The notes: generated from the sequence alone by a model not told the origin. Shown: positions 14,639 to 28,030, counted from the stretch's first letter. The stretch is DNA of 64,000 nucleotides from Octopus vulgaris (GCA_951406725.2 OX597828.1:15810001-15874000), one strand, 5' to 3'. Numbers and translations are program-made.

Positions 14639-14820
14639 CCGGAGTAAACACATAAATGTGAAGCAAGGTGGAAAAAAGAGTACTCAAATACCAGTGGTAG
14701 AGTAATATGCTTTATTTAAAGCAGCAGAAAATTCAACAAAACCTATTACTCTGAGTTTCAGCAACGCGAAACTCAGAGTAACAGGTTTTGTTGAATTTTC
14801 TGCTGCTTTAAATAAAGTAT
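14639..14820. repeat. fold-back insertion: 53-bp arms, 8-nt loop, nested in a SINE microsatellite
   Basis: 14707-14759 versus 14768-14820 are reverse complements with 2 mismatches; same family as 25351-25467. Confidence 0.9.
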
Positions 14821-16032
14821 GTATATATACGATGGGCTTTTTTCAGTTTATCTCTACTAAATCCACTCACAAGGCTTTGGTTGGCCCGAGGCTATAGTAG
14901 AAGACACTTGCCCAAGGTGCCATGCAGTAGGACTGAACCCAAAGCCATGTGGTTCGTAAGCAAACTACTTACCACACAGCCACTCCTGCGCCTTTGTTCA
15001 AAGTATTTTCATAAATCTGTCCTAAATGCCTAAGCTTGTTTTCAGTCTTTTAGATAAGCCCTCGTTTCATATGTTTGGAGTAATATAAAAACTTTCCTTT
15101 CATAAGCACCAAGTTATCCTGGTAGCTGAAAAAAAGAAAATGGCAATGTGCATCATATATGATGCGCAGACACAAGAGAAATATGTCCTGTGTATCATAT
15201 GTGATATGCAGGTTAGACAAAGAGTTAAGATAGTAGGGTGTTATATGAGGGGCATTTAGTTGCTATGTCTAGCAGTTTAAGTCATCCTATAGAACCTATG
15301 AGATTTGGTTGTTACATTTGGTAGTTTAATTAGTACAATCTCTATCACTGGATTGACATCTTTGTCATTTAAAGTCTTGATAGTGTTTTATAATATTAGG
15401 ATATGGTGAAATTAGAAAATGTTCTAATTTATTTTTTTTGTGGTGAAACAGCATTTGTGTGTGACGTGTTTCTTTACAAAATAACCAAGTGTAATTAACA
15501 GTGTCTCAAACATATCTAGTTACGAATTTCATTAATATTTATTTATCTTATTGCTATTCATCATTATGACATTGTGTTATTCATATTAGGAAAATAATGG
15601 TAATATTGGTTTCAAATTTTGGCACTAGGCCAGCAAGTTATGGGGTGAGGTTTAGTTGATTACATCAACCCCGTTGTTCTTCTGGGAATTTTATCAACCC
15701 TGAAAGGCAGAGTCAACCTTGGTGGAATTTATGGAATCTAAAGGTGGATGAAATGGTGCTAAGAATTTTGGCTGGTATTCTAATGATTCTGTCAGTGTAT
15801 CACCTTAATGATAATATTCTTTTCTACTTGAAATTTTTTGGGAGGGGGGCCAGTCGATTAGATCGACCCCATTATGCAACTGGTACATAATTTGACCCTG
15901 AAAGGTTGAAAGGCAAAGTCGACCTCGGCCGAATTTGAGCTCAGAATGTGAAGATGAATGAAATGCTGTTAAGAATTTTTCTCGGTGTGCTAACGTTTCT
16001 GCCAGCTTGCCGCCTTGTGATAATATTGACAT

Positions 16033-16266
16033 GGCATATGGCATAGTGGTTAAGAGCGCGGGCTACTAACCCCAAGATTCTGAGTTCGATTCCAGGCAAT
16101 GACCTGAATAATAATAATAATAATAATATTGAAAAATACCTTAGGAATAACCCAGGTTCAAAATTTCCCCAAGACACCTGATAAAGGCTGGAGGGCATAT
16201 CAGCTGAAACGTTGTGCTAGCAACAAACAAGATGAGGACAAATGTCCGTCAAATGTAAATAATGTA
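16033..16266 (+). mobile_element. tRNA-headed short element carrying a degenerate hammerhead-like motif
   Basis: A box tggcatagtgg (16039-49), anticodon-like arm ggg-ctactaa-ccc, B box gagttcgattc (16082-92), (AAT)n, then ctgataa-a-ggctg...cagct-gaaacgtt. Relatives at 51579-51820 and 61631-61842. Confidence 0.7.
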
Positions 16267-19200
16267 ATGGTTAATGATATTTGTTTCTTTATTACCCACA
16301 AGGGGCTAAACACAGAGGGGACAAACAAGGACAGACAAAGGGATTAAGTCGATTACATCGACCCCAGTGCGTAACTGGTACTTAATTTATCGACCCTGAA
16401 AGGATGAAAGGCAAAGTCGACCTCGGCAGAATTTGAACTCAGAACGTAATGACAGACGAAATACGGCTACGCATTTCGCCCGGTGTGCTAACGTTTCTGC
16501 CAGCTCGCCGCCTAATGATAATATTAACAATGGTTTCTAAGGCAGTGAGCTGGCAGAATCATTAGCATGCTGCACAAAATGCTTAGTGGCCATTTTGTCC
16601 ATCTTTACATTCTGAGTTCAAATTCTGCTGAGGTTGTTCTTGTCTTTCATCATCTCAGGGTTGATAAAATAAGTACCAGTGGAGCACAGGAGTCGATGTA
16701 AATGACTACCTCCTTCTTCCTCAATTTCAGGCTTTGTGCCTACGGCAGAAAGGAGTATTAATGATTTCTAATTTAGGCACAAGGCCAGCAAATTCTGAGG
16801 GGAGTGTCATAATCAATTAGGTTTATGTTCCTGATTGGTACTTCACTTTATCAACCCTGAAAGGATAAAAGTTGATTTCAGTGGAATTTGAATGGGGTAC
16901 GTGATAAACCAGAACAAATAATAACAGGCATTTTTTCTGATATTCTAATGACTCTACCAACCCACTTTTAATCCTTTTTATCTTCTTTATCTTTAAGAAG
17001 TCTTTTTAAACACTAAATTATGTATATCCTGTTTTGTATAAAAACCTTGCAGATCCTGTCTTGTACAAAAGCCTATCACTTTGAAAAGAATGTACTGGAA
17101 ACTAACATTTTCTTCCTTCTTAAGGCAGTCAGTGTATATATATATATATATGTATCATATAAGTACTGCTATTATTACTATTATTGCAAGGCCTAACATG
17201 AGACATACGTTAATTAATTTTGTATTAACGATAAGCACTAACACTGCTGTGAATACTTACCAAATTGAATCTAGGGGTGCAGTTTTGTTTCCTTATTAAA
17301 ATGGTTTTGATTAACCCTTTTGTTACTATATTTCTTTTGAAATATTAAAAGAATCTGAGCAAAATTACTGCCATTATTTTGCTGGTGTAAGGCAGTGAGC
17401 TGGCAGAATTGTTAGCGCTCTGGGTAAAGTGCTTTGCAGCATTTCATTTGTCTTTATGTTCTGAGTTCAAGTTCTGCTGTGGCTGACTTTACCTTTCACC
17501 CTTTTAGGGTTGATAAAATATGCATGAGTTGAGCACGGAGGTTGATATAATCAACTTACCCCTTTCCCTGAAATTATTGACCTTAGGCCAAGAATAGAAA
17601 CTATTGTTAAGCTGGCATTTGAGACAAAAATTAACATGAAATTTTGATGGAAAGTTTTAATTTTTATTATTTTAAAACAGGAAATTTGTATTATAGTGTC
17701 AGGGGTCATCTTAGGTGGAGTACCATCAAAAGGGTTAGATGACACTAACCCCTGCACACTGCTTAGGTTGGCATTTTCTTTATTGTAGCAGGTGTTGTAG
17801 GATTACCTTAAACTGGCTTTATCCAGCCACAATATTCTTCCAGTTATATGTTCAAACTGACCAGATCCAACCTCTCAAACCTACTCAAATATGTTAGTCT
17901 AGAAAATATAGTCATATAACTGAAATATCAAGGCTACAAGATAATAGCAGGATACGTTTAAAACAATGTGAATAAAGAAGCGTTACACTTGACAGAATAA
18001 TCTGAACGCTAAAGGGTTAAAGTTTCCAAGTGTGACTCCTGTCAGGTTTATAAATGAAATACTGTTAGTATAATAGTTAACAATAAAGTGACGATGAAAC
18101 AAAACCGACATTTTCTTTGAATATAATGTTGCACAGATAATATCAACCCTGTTTTATCTGTTGATTGCATTGATTACTGCATTGTGTCATCAACATTCCG
18201 GCCATCATTTGATGCATGTACAATAAGTTTTGTTTGCTTAGCCTTTTATTTTCACATTCCCTAATTCAACAAATATTCTACACCTGTATACTTGGGTAAA
18301 TGTTGCTGCTTTTGTGGGTGGTGAAATGTCTCAGTCAACAGGAATTACCATTCTGTTATGAGCATTAACCCTTTCTTTACCAACCTGGCTGAAACCGGCT
18401 CTGGTTCTGAATACAAATGTCTTGTTTTCATAAGTTTCCAAATAAAATCTTCCACCAAACCTTAGTCACAATTTATATTCCTAACACTAGCTAAATGATA
18501 ACTAAGTTATTTTAGTAAATTCTTTGTTATATTTAAAGTAATTGAAAGAAACACAGATCATCTCAAAAGAAATACGGTAACAAAATGGTTAATAAATTGT
18601 TTATTTACAGTTTCATTGTGATAACATATTGAGTCCCCCTGCCTGAAATATTTTGGTATAAAATTTGTCACTCATTTTATCCCTGCCCCTCAAGCACATT
18701 TGATAGTTATTCATAACAGTCATGAAATTAAACATATTTAATGTTTTTATATAGAAATGATGAAAGTATGACTTGTTACTCTGTGAGATTAGATGTTATT
18801 ATCAGACTTTATAATCTCTCATCTCTTGGTACAACACAACCTCCCTCACTGCTGCCCCCCCCCTCAGTTGGCAGGGTTTGTCTTCTGGGTTACTTCTGGG
18901 TGACCTCAGCTAGTGCTGGGGCCCTGTAAAAAGCACCTAATACACTCTGTGAAGTGGTTGGTGTTAGGAAGGGCATCCAGCCATAGAAACCACCATGCCA
19001 ACGTAGACACTGAAACTTGGCACAGTCTTTGGCTGATCAGTACCTGTCAAATGTCCAGCCTATGTCAGCATGGAAAACGTTTAACGATCATAGTGATGAT
19101 GAAAACCAGTTATGGCTAGTGTGAGCTGATAGCTATGTCTTGAATGTAGCCAAATTTAACAAGTCTGTCAAAGAGTTATACATGATGATAACCAATTATA

Positions 19201-19275
19201 AATATATGAACAAAAGCAAAAATGTATTTGGTGATTGTTATATATTTACCTTTTTCTCCTTTTATTTTTTTACAG

Positions 19276-19383
19276 ATGATTCCAGTGATAGAAAAATCTT
19301 GGGTGTTGGATATCACATACAAGCAGTTAGTGAAGTCAGTCACATACCAGTTGAACATTTCTACTGTTCTGACTAAAGAATGA
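19276..19383 (+). promoter_or_regulatory. candidate 35-codon uORF ending in an ATGA overlap with the main start
   Basis: ATG at 19276 reads [35 protein letters not shown]; TGA at 19381-19383 overlaps ATG at 19380-19382. Confidence 0.5.
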
Positions 19384-20154
19384 AGGAACAATTTAGTGCT
19401 GCTCTGATTAATCACACCACACAAATGAAACCAACATTCCCTGCTGGCATCCCTGCCAATATGCATTGCACTCCTGTTACCACTCTTGGGGCATTTACCA
19501 CTACTCAGGTGTTGTCTCCAGTCTACTTACCTGCTAACTTTCCAGGCTTCTCACAACAGGTATTTACTAATAACCAACTGTTTGTGAGTACTCCGCCCAC
19601 TGTAGTTTTGCAGCCTAATTTCCAGTGTCTACAGAGCATTCCTACTGCTAGTCTGACCAATACATTCCCAGCTGTCAACGCGATAGAGCCCGTGTCGACT
19701 ACAAATGTAGAGGCTGCTGATGAACCAGTGTTGCTTGAGGAGGACCCCAATGAGGAGTTGGTGATTACAAATTCCAAAGAGCAGAACTACGAACAGAACC
19801 GAGAAGAAACGGAAGTGGGAAGTTCTGTATGTGAAGAAGGGAAAGACGAAGTGTCTGTCGACCTCGACTCGGACGCTTCCTGTGAGATTTGCCCCGACAC
19901 TGACAACAAGTCTGTCGACTCGGTCATACTGACCGAGAAGTACGACCAGTTTGTGTCGTCTGAGTCTCCGGTCTCCGAGAATGTTGAAGAGGAAGAGGAG
20001 GAGGAGGACGAAGAAGAAGAGGAAGAGGAAGATGAGGAAGATTATACCGAAGAGATAAGTAGTCAGAATCCCAGTGAAGTACCAGTCTCTCCGAGTGGCT
20101 CTGAAGAAATTCCTGATCCTCACTGTAACCTGGACATGTGTGAAGATACAGAAG
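19380..20154 (+). CDS. SFMBT1: SFMBT-like coding exon 1 (exon starts 19276; ATG 19380); P/T/Q-rich then acidic N-terminal extension
   Basis: Pyrimidine tract and tacag acceptor ending 19275. In-frame TAA at 19374-19376 precedes the ATG. 258-codon open frame with poly-E tract. Donor gaag|gtaata, phase 1, fits the next exon. Confidence 0.78.
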
Positions 20155-23100
20155 GTAATAGTCCCTTTTATTGTTTCTTTGACATTCCTTTACCTTTTTA
20201 TTCTTTTATTTGTTTGTCATTTTGACTGCGGCCATGCTGGAGCACCACCTTTAGTCAAACAAATCAATCCCAAGACTTACTCTTTGTAAGCCTAGTACTT
20301 TTTCTATTGGTCTCTTTTGCTGAACTGCTAAGTTATGGGGACGTAAACACACCAACATTGGTTGTCAAGCGAAGGTGGTGGGGACAAACACAGATACACA
20401 AATATATGCACATATATATATATATGACGGGCTTCTTTCAGTTTCCGTCTATCAAATCCACTCACAAGACTTTGGTCAGCCTGAGGCTAAAGTAGAAGAC
20501 ACTTGCACAAGGTGCCGCACAGTGGAAGTGAACCTAGAACCATGTGGTTGGTAAGCAAGCTACTTACCACACAGCCACTCCTGTGCCTATTTTTCTCTTT
20601 TTATAAAAAGCACCGAATACACTCTCTAAAGTGGTTGGCATTAGGAAGGGTATCCAATCCTAGCAACCATGCCAAAACAGACACCTGGAGCCTGGTGCAA
20701 CCATCCAGCTTGTTAGCTGCTGTCAAATCGTCCAGGCTGTGCCAGCATGGAAAACGGATGTTAAATGATGATGATTATGATAAATGTGTGATAAACCCCA
20801 TGAGAAGTACTTTCAAAAGCCAGTGTTTTGTTAATGCAAGTTCCATGGCTTTAACCCTTTTATTATCAGTATTCTGTTGAAATAAGGTGGTGAGCTGGCA
20901 GAATTATTACCATGCCAGGAAAACTGCTTAGTGGCATTTCTTCTGACTTTCCGTTCTGAGTTCAAATGCAACTGGGGTTGATAAAATAGGCACCACTGGG
21001 GGCTGATGTAATCGACTTATCCTTCCCCTGTAATTGCTAGGTTTGTGCCAAAATTTGAAATCAATATTTCCGTTGAAAAACACTGCCTTCATCTCAGTTA
21101 ACTTTGAAATTAATAAAAAGATTTAGTAAAATAACTTTTCTTTATTACGTTGGTGTTTCGAACATCATCATCATCATTTAACGTCTGCTTACCATGCTAG
21201 CATGGGTTGGACAATTTGACTGAGGTCTGGCGAACCAGACTCCAATCTGATCTGGCAGAGTTTCTACTGCTGGATGCCCTTCCTAATGCCAACCACTCCG
21301 AGAGTGTAGTGGGTGCTTTTATGTGCCACCGGCACGAGGGCCAGTTTGGTGGTACTGGCAATGGCCACGCCCAAATGGTGCTTTTTATGTGCCACCTGCA
21401 CAGGAGCCAGTCCAGTGGCACTGGTGACGACCTTGCTCAAATGTTTCACGTGCCACCAGCACAAGTGCTAGTAAGGCGATGCGGTAACGATCATGCTTGA
21501 ATGGTGTGTTTAACGTGCCAAAATTGGCTGCAAAATTGTTAATAATATATCCAGTGTCAGCTGGAAATATATGTGTTAACTATAACCATAGAAGCTACTG
21601 ATGAGACAACTGCTTGAGGAGAACACCAGTCAGAAATGTAGAACTATGAGCACAGCTGAGGATAAATGAAAGTGGGAAGTCCCGTATGCAGAGAAGAGGA
21701 GGGCAAGGTGTTTGTTGATCGTGATGGGGATTATTTTCAGTTCAGTTATTAAATACAATACCACCATGATTTTTGTAAGATAGGTAATAAGGGTGTATTG
21801 TTAAATCATTCAACGTCAGTATATTACAGGTGTTTTATTGAGCTAAGAAAAGATCTTTACATAGTTGCTTAACCTGCTAGAAATAGCAGCCAAATCTCCT
21901 GTTTACACCTTACTTAGCAAAAGACACATTGTATAATATATTCCTGGTGCACTTATGTCCTTGCGAAAAGGCACCTTTGACCATAAGGGCTACTCGATCA
22001 GGTCTGATAAGTGGTGGTGGTTGTAAATAACAACAAAAACTATTGCAGTTTATTTTATACATTTGAAATTCACCCATAATTTTATATAGATTTCATTGTA
22101 ATCTATTTGTCTGACTAATTTTTGTAATGTTTTTGTTCTTTTTTTTTTTTAATATCTCTAGATGGTCTACTAGAGACTTACGAGGAACCAGACTTTGTGT
22201 GGGAGGAATATCTTCAGGAGACTGGAGCTCTAGAAGTGCCACCAACAGCATTCAAACATGTAAGTAGAATATGTCTGACAGCAAAACTATTGTAGAAATA
22301 TTTTGTTATCATTGTGTACTCTAATGTATCAATATAAAATTGTGGTGGCATGGCTCTATGGTAAATAAGAAGCTTGTCTTGCAATGACTGGTTAGATTCC
22401 ATTGGGTGGAATCTTAGACATCTTCTTTCAACCATGCTCTGGTGATAAGGCCTCGTGAGTGAAGTTTGGTAGACATGACTGTGGAAACCTGCCAACACAA
22501 GACCACTTACTGAAATCATCACAGAATGAAGATTAAAAGCTGCAGGTCACATACTCTATGTACCAGAACAACACCATTTCTGAAGACAGCTTTCAAATGG
22601 ACACAACTGGAGGAAAAAAAGAAAGACCAATACTACATGGGTGGATGCAGAGAAAAACTACAGCCAGCTGAAATCAGTGGCATCAGCTTGCTCCCTATTG
22701 TGCTCAAGAACACAGGAGGAACTGATATGGGTATTTACATCATCATCGTTTAACGTCCGTTTTCCATGTTAGCATGGGTTGGACGGTTCAACTGGGGTCT
22801 AGGAAGCCTGAAGGCTGCACCAGGCCCGGTCAGATCTGGCAGTGTTTCTACAGCTGGATGCCCTTCCTAACACCAACCACTCTGTGAGTGTAGTGGGTGC
22901 TTTTTACATGCCACCGACACAGGTGCCAGACGAGGCTGGCGAACGGCCACGCTCGGATGTTGCTTTTACGTGCCACCGGCACGGAGGCCACGATCAGATG
23001 GTGTTTGTTACATGCCACCGGCATGGCGGCCAGGCGGTGCGGCGCTGGCTACGGCCACATTCGAATGGTTCTCTTATGTGCCACCGGGCCTGGTCAGAAA

Positions 23101-25154
23101 ATTTAGTCATTTCTGTAACCTCAAATTCCTAAGTATGCTAAATGCATTCCTTTTTAAATGTAATTCACGGAATATTTTTTAAACTTTAAGAGAGTGCTTG
23201 GATTTTCTTGATACAGTAAAGATTATGGGCGGTATAAGGATCAGTTTATCCTTAAAAAATCTAAGTTTCTAACAGTTGTTAGTATCTAATTAATTCAAAA
23301 TGATTACATTGGTTCATATGGCTCAACATTGCTTCTTGACTCCTGTATAAGCCACCATGTCCTTTATTAAACTGTGGAAATTGAAAGTCTATATAATTAG
23401 TTTGCCAACTGAATCTGTTAAATTTCCCTCAGCACCCTATTTAACAGTATGAGTATTAGGAGCTTGAGTTTGTAAGGAAATTTATATACAGTCACTACAA
23501 TATATTATTTGTCTTATAAATGCTGCCCCATTTTAAACTTCTAAATCTGAGGAATAACATGCCCCCACAGTCAAAGGATTAGATGATTGCAGTGAGAACA
23601 ACAGTTCTATATGAGAAATTCAACTAACATGCCCGGCCTTTTATATCTACACTCATTTACTCACAGTTACACACAAATCTATAACTTGTCTGACCCTTTC
23701 ATGACTGGATTTCTAGTGAAGCACACTGTGTTTCGAGTAATTTTGAATGCTGAGAATTTTGATAAAACTTTAGTAAGATAGCTTTGTCATAATGAAATTG
23801 GTATTTGGAACATAGCAAAAGGGTCTTATATAAAATTATGCTGCAAGGATCTTGATTACACTTGAACCCTTGAAATAAACAGCTTTATAATAATAAGGCC
23901 TGAAATTTTGAGGCAGGGGGTTAGTTGATTATACCAACCCCAGTGCTCAGCTGGTACTTATTTTATTGACTCCAAAAGGATGAAAAGCAAAGTTGACTAG
24001 AGCGGAATTTGAACTCAGAACATAAAGATGGATGAAATGCCACTATGCATTTTGTCTGGCGTGCTAACGATTCTGCCAGCTTGCTACCTTAATAATAATA
24101 ATAATAATAATAATAATTTCAAAATTTGACACAAGGCCAGCGATGTCAAGGAAGGGTTCAAGTCAGTTATGTCAACACTTCCCACTTCAGTGCTCAACTA
24201 GTACTTATTTGTTGACCGCACAAGGGTGAAAGGTGAAGTTGATCATGGTGGAATTTGTACACAGAATGTAGCAATGGACGAAATGCCACTTAGCAGTTCG
24301 CCCGGCTTGCTGCCTTAGTATAATAATAACAATGATGATAATTGTTGTTGCAAGGCCAAAACTTTTGAGACAAGTATTGTGCAAGTAGATTACATCGACT
24401 CCAGAACTTGCCTGGTATTTATGTTATGAACTTTGACTTCCATGTGCACTTTCTCACCAAAAATAGTATTATATTGTTAATCTTCAAGACAGACGTATCT
24501 CATTGAAAAACTATTAATAATATACTTCAGATTTTTATATCTGATACTTTGGAAATAAAAATAATTGTTTTATGTTGAACAACAACAAAAGAAAAAAAAA
24601 ACTCCCTTTAATACCATTCCACTTGAAATGGTCCCCCACAACCTTTCCTCTTTATGGCTCTTTTGCTGTTCACATTTCTTGTCTTCTCATATTTTCTCTT
24701 GTGTATTGCATGTGCCCTTTGAGCTAGTGTTGCTGCCTTGCTTTACTAGATTTGTTACTGCCTTTTGTCCCCTTTTTTACCCTTTTCCAACAAGTTGTAG
24801 TGTATCTGGGCATGGTACAATGAGCTCATTATTATAATTATTATCAATTATTATTATTGAGTGAGAGAGCAGTGCATGCCATCAAAGTGACACTGGGGTA
24901 AAATATACGAAGCCCAGTATACCCATCATGACTACCCGTCTGATAAGGGTATACTAGGCACATGAATCACAACCATATGTGCGCAACATGGTGATCTCAT
25001 ATCAAAATAAAGAGCACATGACCATGCAGGTAGGGCCCAGTTAGAATTTTCTTCTGGTTGAGTAACCCATCCTGCTCAAAAAGTCCCTGAATAAGGGTTG
25101 TTTAAGGATGTTGAATGAAACACCCATGTTTCCAGAGGTGAATTATTCAAACCC

Positions 25155-25188
<34 letters not shown>

Positions 25189-27980
25189 GAGGTAGGGAAC
25201 TAGCAGAATAGTTAGCACATGGGTAAAACATCGGCTGTTGTTTGTTTTTTAATGAGTACAGCTCCAAGCAACTTCAGTACTAGTGCTTATTTCCTACCAT
25301 TGTTGATTTTATATATATGTGTGTGTGTATGTATATATATATATATATATTTTAACAAAACTGTCTGATGAATGGGAATCTGAAACTCTGGGTAACAGCT
25401 TTTGTTATATTTCTTCTGCTTTTAAATGAAGCATATTACTCTACCTCTGGTATTTGAGTACTCTTTTATATATATATATGATAGATCGTTAGCTCCTACA
25501 CGCATTTTTTTCTCTCTCCTTTTTTTTTTCTGTGTATCTTTCTGTCGAAGAGCGTAGGTTCGAAACGTAAAAGACTTGTTCTATCTCTATTCCTGAGCGC
25601 CATACTAATACATTTGTTTGTTTGTACTCCACCTGCCTTCGTCTTTTGTTTATTTTCGTAAACCTTCCCGTTATATATATATATTTTAACTTTATTTTAT
25701 TTAATTTCAGGTTGAGTGCAGCTTACAGAGTGGTTTTGTGAAGGGGATGAAGTTAGAAGTTGCAGTGAAGTCCACTCCTGACACATATTGGGTGGCTTCG
25801 GTTATCATGACTTGTGGCCCTCTTCTCCGTCTTCGTTACGATGGTTATGGTGACGATGGATCAGCCGATTTTTGGCATGATCTTACTGCCTCAGAAATAC
25901 ACAGTATTGGCTGGTGTGCCCAAAATAATAAAACACTAATGCCTCCTGATGGTAAATATTGATCTCTTACATTAACACAATGCCATTCAGTGTAATTATT
26001 GTTACACATTTTTAAAACCAGATTCCACAGACATTTGAAAAAATTATGTTTTTTACATTAATGGATTCATGTCATGCTTTCTACATCAAATAAATGAATA
26101 TTCATTTTGTTGACTTCATAATGGTGCTTGGCCAGTTAGGACAGGTTTGATTTATATGTTGGTATAAAACATCTTCCTGAACTTGCTGGCAGCTCTCCAT
26201 TTTTCCATTACTTGTGTATATATTTTTCGTCTTTCTGAAACCCTCACCGTTGCAAAATTTTTGATTCATAATGGCTACAAAGTTAGGTTTAGACTAGGAA
26301 AAACTGCCGTGCATAAAGAGCTTTTGATTTAATAAACAGAGTTGAAGGGAACTAGTGGTGCCCCAACCATGATGTCTTGGCTTCAGTTTCCACAGCATGA
26401 AACCATAGGCAAATGTCTTCTATTATAACCCCGGGCTGACCAAATCCTTGTCAGTGGATCTGGTAGACAGAAACTGAAAGAAGCCTGTCATGTGTGTATG
26501 TATGTGCATGTGTAGCCTTGTCTAGACATTGTACTAGCAATGTTGTATGTTACTAGTTTTCTGTGGGAAATATTACTTTGCTTGGAAAGAATTGAGGGTT
26601 GGCAACAGAAAAGACATCCAGCCACAGAAAATCTGCCTCAACAAATTCGGCCTGAGCCCTGTAAGCATGGAGAAGTGGACATGAAATGATGATGATGTGT
26701 CTGAAGAGGGCCCTGCTTAGTATCTATGTTTTAACTCTTGTAGTCAAGCATTGAAATTTTAGCTTAATTAAATATTACCTGTATCACATAGTGTGTGTGT
26801 GTGTGTGTGTGTTAGTTAAAAGCTTGTAGCTGCAGTTTTTCATCTTATGGGAACCCTTTTAGAGATGTAAGAGATGTAGTATAATCGTGTGAAGGTTATC
26901 AGATGAGGTCACTTTTGTGTGTGACAGATGTGCAGGAACAGTAAGTACTAAGAGCACAAGAGACCTAAACTGTTTCAAATGTCCAGGCGGCTTACTTGAG
27001 GTAGTAAATAGTTTCTGCTATTCAGGTGACCAAATTAGTAATGGTGGTGGATGCTCTGAAAGTATTGTTTCTAGAATAAGAATAGGGTGGAGGAAGTTCA
27101 GAGAGCTATTACCTCTGTTGGCGGCAAAAGGACTCTCTCTCGCAAAGTGAAAGGTAGATTGTATGATGCTTGTGTGAGAACGGCTATGTTACATGGTAGT
27201 GAGACATGGGCTCTGACTGTGGAGGACATGCGTAGGCTGGAGAGGAATGAAGGATGTATGCTCTATTGGATTTGCAGCATCAGTGTGCATGACTGACAGA
27301 GCACAACTGTGTTGAGAGAAAATTTAGGCATAAGTGGGATTAAATGTGGTGTGCAGGAGAGGAGAAGGCATTGGTTTGGACATGTGATGAGTATGAATGA
27401 AGGCAGCTGTATACAGAAGTGCCTGTCGCTGAAGGTGGATGGTACCTGTGGAAGAGGGAGACCCAGGAAGACATGGGATGAAGTGGTGAGGACTGATCTT
27501 AGACAGTAGACAGAGATATTTGGAGATATGAAGTTCTGGAGAAGACCCATCCATGAAACTGAGTGCTAGAAGAGTTGTGTCCCACCCACATGTAACAACA
27601 CACTTTTCACCCACTCTACCCTAAGAAATCAAACTATAACTCTTCTTCTAACTGCATCTTTCTCTTCTTCACATTTCTTCTTCATAAATTGATTGTTTTC
27701 CAATCTCTTTCTTGCCCTGCTCCCCACACCCCACATCCACACCCTATTTTTCTAATCAGGTTCTACACTCATATTCTTGTTACTTGTGAGTATACCTTAG
27801 CACTACACCATCTCTTTTCTGCTCTCTCTTACACTTTTGCTGTTACCTACTCTCTCTCTATTTCTCTTTGGTCATTCTCTCTCCTCCTCTTGTTTTTCCT
27901 CTGACTAGGTAACCAATTATCACCTTCATATCAGCACACTTGTTTCTGGCCTCTTTCTTGTACCTTTCTCTCACTCTCTA

Positions 27981-28030
<50 letters not shown>

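Noticed and set aside
19881-19895. CEIC motif as start of an FCS zinc finger
   Set aside because: No downstream FCS..C half; isolated CxxC in an acidic region
19523-20123. Minus-strand ORFs of 84 and 164 aa
   Set aside because: Antisense shadows of the E-rich coding exon 1
21598-21630. ctgatga as a further hammerhead core (also 37877, 50963, and ctgaaga at 26701)
   Set aside because: No stem II, GAAA or closing stem I; the 21598 instance is part of the exon 1 ghost copy
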